This document shows positions 9,901-18,687 of a stretch of 64,000 nucleotides of DNA, in pieces. A program made the position numbers and the translations under genes. Position 1 is the stretch's first letter. Each line of letters starts with the position of its first letter. This stretch comes from Candidatus Pacearchaeota archaeon. Lineage in GTDB: Archaea > Nanobdellota > Nanobdellia > Pacearchaeales > GW2011-AR1. Where the stretch lies: the NCBI GenBank assembly GCA_041659945.1, contig JBAZXH010000001.1, positions 425,292-489,291 on the forward strand, read 5' to 3'. The notes under the pieces were generated by a model. The model was not told the DNA's origin and ran no database searches. It was given only the letters and a program-made list of their open reading frames with translations.

Positions 9901-12900
9901 TACTGTCCAGTTATTCCAACCTTCGTTACTAGTTAAGCTTGTCCAATTTATGCCTGGATCTTGGGTTGTTGAATTCCAAACTCCAGAAGAATTACTCCAC
10001 CAACAAAAATTTACTGCAAGATTATCACTTGATGTGTAATTTATATTAGAGATATTGGTAGTATAATTTGTATTGTTTCTTGGATAAGTTATATTAACAA
10101 TAGGACTCGTTGAATCTATTGTAATGGTGTTGTTTGAGGTGGTAAAACTGTTTTCTGCTAAGTCAAAGATATTATAAAACCAGTTATAAACTCCGTTGAC
10201 AAGAGTTACAGTAATTCCCAAGACAGTTTGAGTGATTCCTGTTGCATAATTGATAGTTGTTTTATTAATAAGGCTATTTGTTGAGTTATAAATATTTAAA
10301 CTTGCATTTTTTATTCCAAGGTTATCAGAGAGATTTGCAGTAAAATTAAAAGTTGCATTTGTTGAATAGGTGTTATTTTCTGGGAATGTTAATACTGCAG
10401 TTGGAGAATTAAGATCTCTGTAAAAAGTAGCAGAACTTGTTCCTAGTGTATTATTTGTGCCATTACAATATACTGTCCAGGTATTTGTTCCATCTAAACT
10501 TATTATATCTGTCCAATTTGTAGCAGGATTTTGTGTTGTTGAATTCCAAACTCCAGAAGAATTACTCCACCAACAAACGCTTATGTTATTTCCAGACACA
10601 GTGTAATTTAATACTGAAACATTTGTTGTATAATTTGTGCTTTGTGGGTAAGTTATTGTAATGATTGGAGGAGCAATTCCTGTGTCATTAGTTATTGTTA
10701 CATTCCATTTTGCAGTAATATTAATTATAGTCATATCAGATGTTTTATTTACATAAACAAAAAAAGTATAGTTGTTCCAAATTGTTCCTGTTGCATTTAC
10801 TAACCAGTTAATTATTTGTGATTGACCGTTATTTAGTGTTAAATTGTATGGATTTTGAGTTGTGGTATAGAATGGCGTTGCCCCAACAGTAGAATTTACT
10901 AAACCTTGTTTTGTTTCTCCTGAATATGTGATTGTAACATAACCTTCTCTAGAGTTTACTCCAGCAAGGTTATTTTGGTTAGTTCCGCTATTATAAGATC
11001 CACCACCACCACCACCATAATAATCACTAGATCCTCCTCCACCTCCAGAGTAACCTCCTCCACCTCCTCCGCCCCACCAACCATTTCCACCTCCTCCGCC
11101 AAAGCCTCCAACAGCATAAGAAGAGGGGCTTCCAGTTCCACCACTAATAAACGATCTTCCTCCTGCTCCTGCACGAGAAGATGAACCTCCACTAGTATAA
11201 AATCCTCCACCTCCACTTCCAGAGTATGATGAACCTCCACCATTTCCTCCAGTTCCATTTGTTCCTTTGTTTCCTGTTACACCCTGACCATCAGTGCCAT
11301 TTGTAATTATTGTAGCAGAAAAGCCTGGATAATAAGAGCCTGTTAGGCCTGATCCTCCACCTCCACCTCCAGCAATTATTAATGGACTTGCAAGTGAATA
11401 ATTACTCCCATTAGCAACAAAACTTCCTCCTCCACCTCCACCCCAAGAGCTACCTGCACCAATTTGTCCGACTAAGATTTGTAAAAGAGTTCCTTGAGTT
11501 AAATAAAAATCTCCTTGCATAATTGAACCATTTCCCCAAATAGTGCTTCCGCTTGAACCGCCTCCTGCAGCACCTACAACTCTAATTGTGTAGGTTCCTG
11601 TTGTAGGAACAGTCCAATTTTGAATTCCACTTGTAACATTTACTAATCCTGCTAGAGTTGTACTAGTATAATTTGCATTACAATTTGCTTGCGTGGGACC
11701 AGAAGCTCCTGTTGCTCCACATGTTGTGAAGTTATAAACTGTGTTTGCAGTTGGATCTAGACTTACATTTATTTCTCCACAATTTGTATTTGAACAGGAA
11801 ACATTTACAGAAACAGTAAATGTTTGGTTTTGAGTTACGTTTAAATTTCCTATTGGTGAAATTAAAGTTAAACCAATTATTGGAAGAGAGGTTACATTTA
11901 CATACATATCTGATGATGCTAGATTATTTGAGGTGTCATTAGTTGTTATGTTTAACCAGTATAACTCTACGTCGCTTAGAACTGTATTATTTTTTAATTG
12001 CCCTGAACAGTTTATATTAAATCTTGTATCATTTACTGTGAAACATGAGATTCCAAAAGAGTCTGTTGCACTGATCTGATAACCTAATGCAGTATTTTGG
12101 TAAATTGTTTGGTTTGAAATACTTGTAAATGCTGGAGGGGTTATATCTGGACCTATTGTTAATGTTCTGTTTGAGGTTGACCAATTAAAATTTCCTAAAT
12201 TATCATAAGCTAGGCAGTTCCATGTATAGTTTCCATTTGCTAGACCAATTGTCCAATTTGCATTTGCATTTGTGCTAGTTATTAATTTTGTTTGGTTTAA
12301 TGTAAAACTTGAATTAGCACTATTTGTTATAAAGAGACTTATGTTTTTTAAAGCAAAATTATCAGCTGCAGAACAATTAAACGTGAGGTTTAACAAACCA
12401 AATGAATTATTGGTATAATTATCAATTGGAAAGTTTAGCGTTATGTTTGGTGCGATTGTATCAATTATAAATCTTACATTAAACCTTCCTAGATTTCTAT
12501 AGCTATCGTTACAATACACTGTCCAATTATTCCAACCCTCTTTATTAGTTAGATCTGTCCAATTTGTAGCCGGATTTTGTGTAGTTGAATTCCAAGCTCC
12601 AGAAGAATTACTCCACCAACATCTATCTAACCCAAAATTGTCTGTTGCAGTGTAGTTTAGTGTTGTTATACTTATGCTGTAATTTGTATTATTTAATGGA
12701 TAGGTTATATTAACTATTGGAGCAGTAGTGTCTGTAACGTTTACAAACATTAGCCCAGAATTTAAATTGTTAAACGTATCGTTAACAGTTATGTTAATCC
12801 AGTTTAAACTTATATTTAAGAATGTATTGTTTTTTAAAAATCCAGAACAAGTTATATCAAATGTTGTATCATTAACTGTATAACAGCTTATTCCTGAGGA

Positions 12901-13950
12901 GTCTGTAGCGACAATTGTGTAATTTAAAGCGCTGTTATACTGGATAGTTTGATTTGAAAATGTTGTAAAAGTTGGAGTGGTTGTATCCAGAACTGTTAGA
13001 TTATTACTGCAAATAGTTGTTCCATCACTTAAACCATCATTTGGAGTGGCGCATGCTTGCCAGATTTCATTACCAGATAATTCACTGCTGGCAATCATGT
13101 CAGGTCTGCTTGAATTTAAAAGAAGAATTTCAGTTGCGCTAAGAGACCTATTAAACAACATGAATTCATCAATCATCCCTGTGAAAAAAGCATCATTATC
13201 ATTGTAGATATTTCCAATTGCAAGAGTATATGAGCTACTAGTATCGACATTTGATTCAGTTATATTTTTTTTCTCAACACCATCTACGTATATTCTTATT
13301 TTACCTCCCCTTTCTCTTACTCCAACAATATAGTGCCATCTATTGTCAGCTATTGATGTTGTATCTTCAATGTCTCCTGCACTTACTCCATTACCATTAA
13401 CAGATAATCTTATTCTTCCCCAATCATTTTGCAAGAAAAAGCCAACCCAACCCCCAGTGTTACATTTAGAAGCTATAATTGCATAGTGTGTTGCATCTGA
13501 AGTTTTTATCCAGGTTGAAACTGTAAAACTTTTATTTGTATCTACATTGCTCAAATTAATTGAAATTTGTGGGCTATCTGCATAGGTAAAACTATAGGCA
13601 CCAAAACTATCATAACCTCCTGTTGAATTCCATACAGCATTTCTTACTGTTATATTTTGATTATTTCCAGAATAGTCTCTTGTATATGTTGAATTACTTC
13701 CACCTTCAAAAGGAAGATTAACTACTGTTAGGGGTTTATTATTTGAAAACCAATTAAAAATATTTTTTTGAGAGGAATTTGACGGAATATCTGGATAAGC
13801 TGTAATGTTTTCATTAGAAGAGTTTGTTCCAAATGTTGAATTTATTAAAACTGAGGTAATTTCAGTTGGTGCTGAAAAAACTAATGTAAAACTTATTACT
13901 GAAACTAAAAAAATAATGAAGAATGTTAAAGAAATAAACTTTTTATTCAT
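6919..13950 (-). CDS. giant surface protein with a signal peptide, a LamG-like domain, many Ig-like/CARDB-like repeats, a Gly-rich segment, one TM helix and a cytoplasmic PRC-barrel-like tail
   Basis: The 2343-aa ORF has an N-terminal signal peptide and a very high density of N-x-S/T sequons. A CWWSNSSGxWNSTTQxPxxNWT module recurs three times (around nt 12630, 10600 and 10080). The Gly-rich region runs roughly 10950..11460. The TM helix LLVIIGVAVIILLIIIITLIIIQI is followed by GKHVYSLDGYRIGEVKKVYLNHKQGKIHGWLIKL, which looks like a PRC barrel. Confidence 0.8.
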   Translation of the reverse strand: MNKKFISLTFFIIFLVSVISFTLVFSAPTEITSVLINSTFGTNSSNENITAYPDIPSNSSQKNIFNWFSNNKPLTVVNLPFEGGSNSTYTRDYSGNNQNITVRNAVWNSTGGYDSFGAYSFTYADSPQISINLSNVDTNKSFTVSTWIKTSDATHYAIIASKCNTGGWVGFFLQNDWGRIRLSVNGNGVSAGDIEDTTSIADNRWHYIVGVRERGGKIRIYVDGVEKKNITESNVDTSSSYTLAIGNIYNDNDAFFTGMIDEFMLFNRSLSATEILLLNSSRPDMIASSELSGNEIWQACATPNDGLSDGTTICSNNLTVLDTTTPTFTTFSNQTIQYNSALNYTIVATDSSGISCYTVNDTTFDITCSGFLKNNTFLNISLNWINITVNDTFNNLNSGLMFVNVTDTTAPIVNITYPLNNTNYSISITTLNYTATDNFGLDRCWWSNSSGAWNSTTQNPATNWTDLTNKEGWNNWTVYCNDSYRNLGRFNVRFIIDTIAPNITLNFPIDNYTNNSFGLLNLTFNCSAADNFALKNISLFITNSANSSFTLNQTKLITSTNANANWTIGLANGNYTWNCLAYDNLGNFNWSTSNRTLTIGPDITPPAFTSISNQTIYQNTALGYQISATDSFGISCFTVNDTRFNINCSGQLKNNTVLSDVELYWLNITTNDTSNNLASSDMYVNVTSLPIIGLTLISPIGNLNVTQNQTFTVSVNVSCSNTNCGEINVSLDPTANTVYNFTTCGATGASGPTQANCNANYTSTTLAGLVNVTSGIQNWTVPTTGTYTIRVVGAAGGGSSGSTIWGNGSIMQGDFYLTQGTLLQILVGQIGAGSSWGGGGGGSFVANGSNYSLASPLIIAGGGGGGSGLTGSYYPGFSATIITNGTDGQGVTGNKGTNGTGGNGGGSSYSGSGGGGFYTSGGSSSRAGAGGRSFISGGTGSPSSYAVGGFGGGGGNGWWGGGGGGGYSGGGGGSSDYYGGGGGGSYNSGTNQNNLAGVNSREGYVTITYSGETKQGLVNSTVGATPFYTTTQNPYNLTLNNGQSQIINWLVNATGTIWNNYTFFVYVNKTSDMTIINITAKWNVTITNDTGIAPPIITITYPQSTNYTTNVSVLNYTVSGNNISVCWWSNSSGVWNSTTQNPATNWTDIISLDGTNTWTVYCNGTNNTLGTSSATFYRDLNSPTAVLTFPENNTYSTNATFNFTANLSDNLGIKNASLNIYNSTNSLINKTTINYATGITQTVLGITVTLVNGVYNWFYNIFDLAENSFTTSNNTITIDSTSPIVNITYPRNNTNYTTNISNINYTSSDNLAVNFCWWSNSSGVWNSTTQDPGINWTSLTSNEGWNNWTVYCNDTLNNVNSSKVSFYKDSVSPGITLNSPQENYTNTIVNALNISFNCSADDNLALKNISLYLTNSSNNNFVLNQTKNITGTSANANWTLNLSVGSYTWNCLAYDSLGNFNWGTNRTILLQSNTAPTINLTSPTNNTVLNKKNSIILNVTFYDVNLDNSTIWFYGGYPNGTYTLLNTSYNQTNGTNTVYNWSVTSSGKYNWTAIAGDERANSTNYFFYFNLTNFSISCETGGSYQQNALVLVQGTIYNETITVPNYQINLSIYDSDNNLDANKNLTTTSDGGFKTTFSTLAVGSYILNATANYRGYNETCQDTFQIGSSASLVLDKIATIHNISNSIISYNITLRLTNKGGSDVTNTNITDTDSINSPYDIGTISANSSTEMSYIKNFTRNSTNYYYTLSYAQAFGINSYSSNQISSNSNSINITIPNQELGQQLTLVKNVYYNSENSTSVNYTISIEIVNSGGIDLSNIALIDSDLGISTTINLNKTQNYNYSNSVLIDKAASNSNKLFVKTTATVNSITYSSNQINVRIPGFGGPADAIVAAPSSVVASTSFNTIITVENQNLDVGQDFVIDYWITSENENTNYSSGQQTIYVAASGTSDLTATLTAPSSAGTYRLRALVTWAGGTATSYDSFSVTSEGDNGGGNGNGGGSGGGSGGSSNGNNGVSGTNQFDVDFTLKSTATFSGSQEKSKTFTLDGSTGHTIEIKSIINNSVTFIIYSNPITITMSIGETKKVDVNNDGFYDIKVKLNGIKNGTVDYSLEKIDKTTTAKVTGKTTDEIICNIPYIRYGKECCLDRNNNSICDIDDELEAENNKKSNETQESEIINKISERNLLVIIGVAVIILLIIIITLIIIQISKNKKCSHKNKEEKKHKIKFSKLHSFIARLSSKIHKSKLNLNEEVHKELKYIGKHASLKSIEGKHVYSLDGYRIGEVKKVYLNHKQGKIHGWLIKLDKRMVNELKKDYLLIKHEFVKSTKEIMILKHNLDDYLKK

Positions 13951-14131
13951 CTTTTATCTTTAACTCTCCTTTTAACTTTAAAACTTCTTCAGCATCTTTA
14001 ATCTTGGATAGGGCATTATTATAGAAATTTGAAACTGCTGGCTGTGAGATTTTAAGTTTTTTTGCTATTTCAACTTGGCTTAATCCTTCTTTTTTTAGTT
14101 TTAGAACCTGAATTTCTTTTTCAGTTAACAT
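13943..14131 (-). CDS. small HTH transcriptional regulator (Tfx/LuxR-like HTH)
   Basis: LTEKEIQVLKLKKEGLSQVEIAKKLKISQPAVS has the HTH pattern. Its stop overlaps the giant gene's start within ATGAATAA, which suggests translational coupling. Confidence 0.55.
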   Translation of the reverse strand: MLTEKEIQVLKLKKEGLSQVEIAKKLKISQPAVSNFYNNALSKIKDAEEVLKLKGELKIKDE

Positions 14132-14143
14132 AGTTAATATTAG

Positions 14144-14169
14144 TTATATAACTTAAGTAGGTTATATAA
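14144..14169. promoter_or_regulatory. 9-bp inverted repeat TTATATAAC-N8-GTTATATAA, 13 bp upstream of the HTH regulator's start; candidate operator overlapping a TATA-like box
   Basis: I see a perfect palindrome in the sequence, with an adjacent tagttaatat/tagttatata direct repeat. Confidence 0.3.
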
Positions 14170-14217
14170 AGGTATGTGTCTGTATAAGTTAACCTATCAA
14201 TAAGGAGTCAAATAATT

Positions 14218-14490
14218 TTAGTCTTCAAAGCTATAACCGCAGGATTTAATTTTCCAGATTTTTTGATCTGTTTTATCTAGGGGAAATTCTTGGTGACAAT
14301 AGAACGGTCTAGTTTCATAGACTTTACATAGATTTGTTGTTTTGTCAAGAAATTTACAATTTTCACAACATTGACCGCATTTTTTACATTCACCCTTTCT
14401 TTTGTTAATCTTATCTTGAATGTAATTTTTATTAGTTAATTTTTTAAAATCTCTTTTTAGTCTATTGAACATCTTAGGAAAATCATTCAT
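14218..14490 (-). CDS. YkgJ-family cysteine-cluster protein (UPF0153-like, CxxCxxCC)
   Basis: The sequence contains GECKKCGQCCENCKFLD....CHQEFP. Confidence 0.55.
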   Translation of the reverse strand: MNDFPKMFNRLKRDFKKLTNKNYIQDKINKRKGECKKCGQCCENCKFLDKTTNLCKVYETRPFYCHQEFPLDKTDQKIWKIKSCGYSFED

Positions 14491-14520
14491 GTTATTGTTA
14501 CTATTAATGCAGTTAAATAA

Positions 14521-14709
14521 TTATTCTTTCTTTCCCTTTTTAACTGTCATAAAAGAACTTCCAGAAATTGGTACTTGATATAGGGCTCCACATTTTTCAC
14601 ATCTTATTGTGATTATGGTTGTTATTGCTGTGAGAACTTCACAGCCGTTTGTTATTAGTTTTGAGCCTAGCTTGATTAGCATTTCATTTTGGCATTTTGG
14701 GCATTTCAT
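14521..14709 (-). CDS. small zinc-ribbon protein
   Basis: Two Cys pairs are present: MKCPKCQNEM and RCEKCGALY. Confidence 0.45.
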   Translation of the reverse strand: MKCPKCQNEMLIKLGSKLITNGCEVLTAITTIITIRCEKCGALYQVPISGSSFMTVKKGKKE

Positions 14710-14780
14710 AGACTTTTAGAACTATATGGGTTATTAAAAGTTTCGACCATAATAAACTTTATAATCCGGGGCTTAGTGGT

Positions 14781-15938
14781 ATGATCATGGATTTGAGCAG
14801 AAGCCAAAACTTAGATTTACAAAAAGAGAAGATTATGGACTTTTTGGACGTAAATGGACCTAGTTTACCTATTCATATATCTAATCATCTGAGAGTTGAT
14901 ACTCTACTTTCGTCTGCTTTTTTGGCTGATTTGCTTTCTGAGAAAAAAGTTAAGTTGAGTAATATGCGTGTTGGAAATTCTCCAGTTTATTACCTAAGAG
15001 GACAGGAATTTCAGCTTGATAAATTTGCTAATTTTTTGTCTGGAAAAGAAAAGGATACTTTTTACCTTTTAGAGTCACATGGTGTTTTGAGAGATGACTT
15101 TATGCTGCCAGCTTCTAGAGTGGCTTTGAGAGCTATAAAGGATTTTGCATTTCCTTTTGATTATAATGAAATTTTGTACTGGAGATTTATTAAGATTAAT
15201 GAAGAACAAGCAGTTGAGATGATTGAGACTGGAGGAGCTAGATTTAATCAAATTGCTTCTAGGTTTCCAAGGTATGCTAGTCAATTTTCTAAAAAGCAAG
15301 AAGAAAAAGAAAAGCAAGAAGAGGTTTTGCATTTTGAGAGAGAAGAAATTCCTAGGGTAGAATCTTCAGAAACTGAAATTAAAGATGAAACTTTGATACA
15401 ACCAAAAACTGAAGAGGCAGAAATTATTTTACCAGTTAAAGAGATTGAGCCTATCATGGAAATAACTGAGCCTATTGGGGAATCTCCTAGTAACGTAATT
15501 GAAAAAAGTCGTGATATTGAAGAGATGAAAGAACTTGAGTTAGATGTTGAAGAAAAAACTGAGATTGAGGAAAAAGTTCCAGATAAAATTGAGGTTGATA
15601 TTTTTAAGGTTGCTAAGAGACTTGGAAAAGTTAGAGCCAGACCTGATTTTGTTGTTAATGTTGAAAAGTTTCTTTTTGAAAATCAGATTTCAATTGTAAG
15701 CCAGTTGGAAGTGAAGAAAAAAGAATATTTGGGAACTGTTAAGTTTAATGGTAGAGATTATTTGTGCATTGCAAAGGATAAAAAGGCAGTTAGTGAACCA
15801 GAGATTCTTGATCTTTTAAAAAGCGGGAAAAAAGCAGGAATGCCTGTTTTATTTATTTGTACGACTGAACCAAATAAAAAGGCTTTGGACTGGGTAGATT
15901 ATTTGGGTAATTATCTAGTCTTTAGAAAACTGGGTTAG
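14781..15938 (+). CDS. hypothetical protein with a winged-helix-like N-terminus and an acidic Glu/Lys-rich linker
   Basis: No catalytic motifs are visible. The central region of EEKEKQEE and EIEEK repeats is low-complexity. Confidence 0.35.
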   Translation: MIMDLSRSQNLDLQKEKIMDFLDVNGPSLPIHISNHLRVDTLLSSAFLADLLSEKKVKLSNMRVGNSPVYYLRGQEFQLDKFANFLSGKEKDTFYLLESHGVLRDDFMLPASRVALRAIKDFAFPFDYNEILYWRFIKINEEQAVEMIETGGARFNQIASRFPRYASQFSKKQEEKEKQEEVLHFEREEIPRVESSETEIKDETLIQPKTEEAEIILPVKEIEPIMEITEPIGESPSNVIEKSRDIEEMKELELDVEEKTEIEEKVPDKIEVDIFKVAKRLGKVRARPDFVVNVEKFLFENQISIVSQLEVKKKEYLGTVKFNGRDYLCIAKDKKAVSEPEILDLLKSGKKAGMPVLFICTTEPNKKALDWVDYLGNYLVFRKLG

Positions 15939-15968
15939 ATTTATATATATCTTTTTATAACTTTAAAC

Positions 15969-18497
15969 ATGACAGATATTAATTTTGCACAAATTGAAAA
16001 GAAATGGCAGAAAAAGTGGGAACAGGACAAGATTTTTGAGGTAAAAGAGGGAAAAGGTAAAAAATATTATGTTCTTGAAATGTTCCCATATCCTTCTGGA
16101 GATGGACTTCACATAGGACATGCTTTTAACTATATTATTGGAGATATTTATGCTCGTTTTAAGCGAATGAGTGGTTTTAATGTGCTTTATCCTATGGGAT
16201 ATGATTCTCTTGGCTTGCCTGCTGAAAATGCTGCAATAAAAGCTAAAATTCATCCGAGAGAATATACAGAAAAGGCTGTTGCGAATTATATCAGGCAGCA
16301 GAAAGAGTTAGGATTGAGTTATGATTGGAATAGAATGGTTAAGACTCATGATCCGGAATATTACAAATGGGATCAGTGGATTTTTTTGAAGTTATTTGAA
16401 AAGGGTTTGGCCTATAGAAAAAAAGCTCCTGTAAACTGGTGCCCTAAATGTGATACTGTTCTAGCTAACGAACAGGTACATGGTGGAAAATGTTGGAGAC
16501 ATGAAGATACTGACGTTGAAATTAAACATTTGGAACAGTGGTTTTTTAAAATAACTGAATATGCAAATGAGCTTTATGATAAGGTTGATTCTTTAAAGTG
16601 GCCTGAAAGAATTAAAGCTATGCAAAAGAATTGGATTGGAAAATCGCACGGAACTGAGATTAATTTTGAGATTAATGGAGAAAATTGGCCAGTATTTACA
16701 ACAAGACCTGATACAATTTATGGAGTTACATTTATGGTTATTTCAGCTCAACATCCAAGATTAATGGAATTGGTTACTAAAGAACAAAAATCTGAAGTTG
16801 AAAAATTTTTAAAGAAAATAACATCAACTAGTGAAAAAGATATGGAAGAATTAAATAAGGAAGGAGCTTTTACTGGAAGTTATGCTATTAACCCGATAAC
16901 TGGAGATAAAATACCTGTTTGGGCTGGAAATTTTGTTGTTGCTGATTATGGTTGTGGAATGGTTATGGCTGTGCCTTCGCATGATCAAAGAGATTTTGAG
17001 TTTGCTAAAAAATATAAAATACCAATCATAGTTGTAATTCAGCCGGATGCTTTTGAATTAAATGCTGAAAAAATGTCACGAGCTTATACTGGTGATGGAA
17101 GGCTTGCTAATTCTGAAGAATTTAATGGTTGGAGTAATAGGGAAGCAATTGATGCTATAACTGATTATCTTCATAAAATTAAGAAAGGAAAAAAGGTTGT
17201 TAATTTTAAGTTAAGAGATTGGCTTGTTTCAAGACAGAGATATTGGGGAACACCAATACCAATAGTTTATTGTGATACGTGTGGAATTGTTCCAGTGCCT
17301 GAAAAAGAATTACCTGTTGAGTTACCTAAAGATGTTAAATTTGGGCAGGGAAATCCTTTGCTTACTAGTAAGGAATTTGCAAATGTTAAATGCCCTAAAT
17401 GTAAAGGAAAAGCAAGAAGAGAGACAGATACAATGGACACTTTTGTAAATTCTTCCTGGTATTATCTGAGATATTGTGATGCTCATAATAGCAAGGAAAT
17501 ATTTGACAAGAAAAAAGTAGCTTACTGGTGTCCAATTGATCAGTATATTGGTGGTGCTGAACACGCTTGCATGCATTTGATTTACTTTAGATTTTATACT
17601 AAGTTTTTTAGAGATTTGGGAATGATAAACTTTGGTGAACCTGCTGAGAGATTGTTTAATCAGGGAATGGTTCATGGAAATGATGGAGCTGTAATGTCTA
17701 AATCTCGTGGAAATGTAGTTTTGCCTGAAGAAGTTTCTAAAAAATATGGTATTGATACAGCAAGATTGTTTTTAATGTCAATTGCTTCACCTGATAAGGA
17801 TATTGAATGGAGTGATAGAGGAGTTGAAGGAAGTTTGAAGTTTGTTAAAAGAGTTATTGAGTATTTTTCTCTGGATAATCTTAAAAAAAGAAAAGGAAAA
17901 ACTTCTGCAAGAATTGAAAGTAAATTAAACAAAACAATTAAAGAAGTTAGTCAGGATATTGAAGAATTTCGGTATAACTTAGCAATTATTAAAATAAGAC
18001 AACTTTTTGAAGCAATTGAAGCAGAAAGTGAAATATCTAAAAAAGATTTGGAGGATTATTTAAAATTGCTTTCACCTTTTTGTCCACATATTGCTGAGGA
18101 ATTGTGGGAAAATTTGGGAAATAAACCTTTTATAAGTGTTGAAAAATGGCCTGTTGCAGATGAATCTAAAATTGATCTTAAATTAGAACAGGCTGAAAAA
18201 GCTGCTGAAAAGACCGTTGAAGATGTTTTTAATATTTTGAGAATAGTTAAAGAAAACGCTCATAAATCAAAGATTTCTGGCGCCTCAAGTTCTGGCGAAC
18301 TTAAGGAAGGAAAAGAACCTGAAAAAGTTTATCTTTATGTAATCCCAAATGAGCTTGGGAATTATAATAATGAAGTTTTGGCTAAAAGATTAAATAAGAA
18401 AGTTTTTGTTTTTGCAGTTAATGATTCTAAGAAGTATGATCCAAAAGGACTTGCTGGAAAGGCAAAGCCCGGAAGACCGGCGATTTATGTAGAGTAA
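15969..18497 (+). CDS. leuS: leucyl-tRNA synthetase, bacterial type
   Basis: The HIGH motif is PYPSGDGLHIGH and the KMSKS motif is VMSKSRGN. Long stretches are collinear with bacterial LeuS, including CWRHEDTDVEIKHLEQWFFKIT, HDQRDFEFAKKY and RDWLVSRQRYWGTPIP. At 842 aa the length is bacterial-like. Confidence 0.9.
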   Translation: MTDINFAQIEKKWQKKWEQDKIFEVKEGKGKKYYVLEMFPYPSGDGLHIGHAFNYIIGDIYARFKRMSGFNVLYPMGYDSLGLPAENAAIKAKIHPREYTEKAVANYIRQQKELGLSYDWNRMVKTHDPEYYKWDQWIFLKLFEKGLAYRKKAPVNWCPKCDTVLANEQVHGGKCWRHEDTDVEIKHLEQWFFKITEYANELYDKVDSLKWPERIKAMQKNWIGKSHGTEINFEINGENWPVFTTRPDTIYGVTFMVISAQHPRLMELVTKEQKSEVEKFLKKITSTSEKDMEELNKEGAFTGSYAINPITGDKIPVWAGNFVVADYGCGMVMAVPSHDQRDFEFAKKYKIPIIVVIQPDAFELNAEKMSRAYTGDGRLANSEEFNGWSNREAIDAITDYLHKIKKGKKVVNFKLRDWLVSRQRYWGTPIPIVYCDTCGIVPVPEKELPVELPKDVKFGQGNPLLTSKEFANVKCPKCKGKARRETDTMDTFVNSSWYYLRYCDAHNSKEIFDKKKVAYWCPIDQYIGGAEHACMHLIYFRFYTKFFRDLGMINFGEPAERLFNQGMVHGNDGAVMSKSRGNVVLPEEVSKKYGIDTARLFLMSIASPDKDIEWSDRGVEGSLKFVKRVIEYFSLDNLKKRKGKTSARIESKLNKTIKEVSQDIEEFRYNLAIIKIRQLFEAIEAESEISKKDLEDYLKLLSPFCPHIAEELWENLGNKPFISVEKWPVADESKIDLKLEQAEKAAEKTVEDVFNILRIVKENAHKSKISGASSSGELKEGKEPEKVYLYVIPNELGNYNNEVLAKRLNKKVFVFAVNDSKKYDPKGLAGKAKPGRPAIYVE

Positions 18498-18687
18498 GAC
18501 TTTTTTTGGAAATTTAATCTTTTTGAAAACATACCATAATGGTTTGTGCTAACGCAAAACCTGCTTGGTTGATTTAAGTTTAAACATTATTATAGATTAC
18601 ATTAACCTTATTGAAGTCCAGCGAATAGATATGAGCTGTTGTTTTGTTGATTCAAGATACTTTTATATAATTTGATTTGTTCTTTTT

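Noticed and set aside
10956-11258. Track ORFs on both strands inside the giant gene's Gly-rich region (10956..11258 -, 10975..11184 +) and other internal or antisense ORFs such as 12977..13207, 22242..22565, 34153..34545, 40262..40693, 62172..62372 and 62591..62773.
   Set aside because: They lie wholly inside longer, well-supported CDSs in other frames. They have low-complexity or repetitive translations and are most likely frame artefacts.
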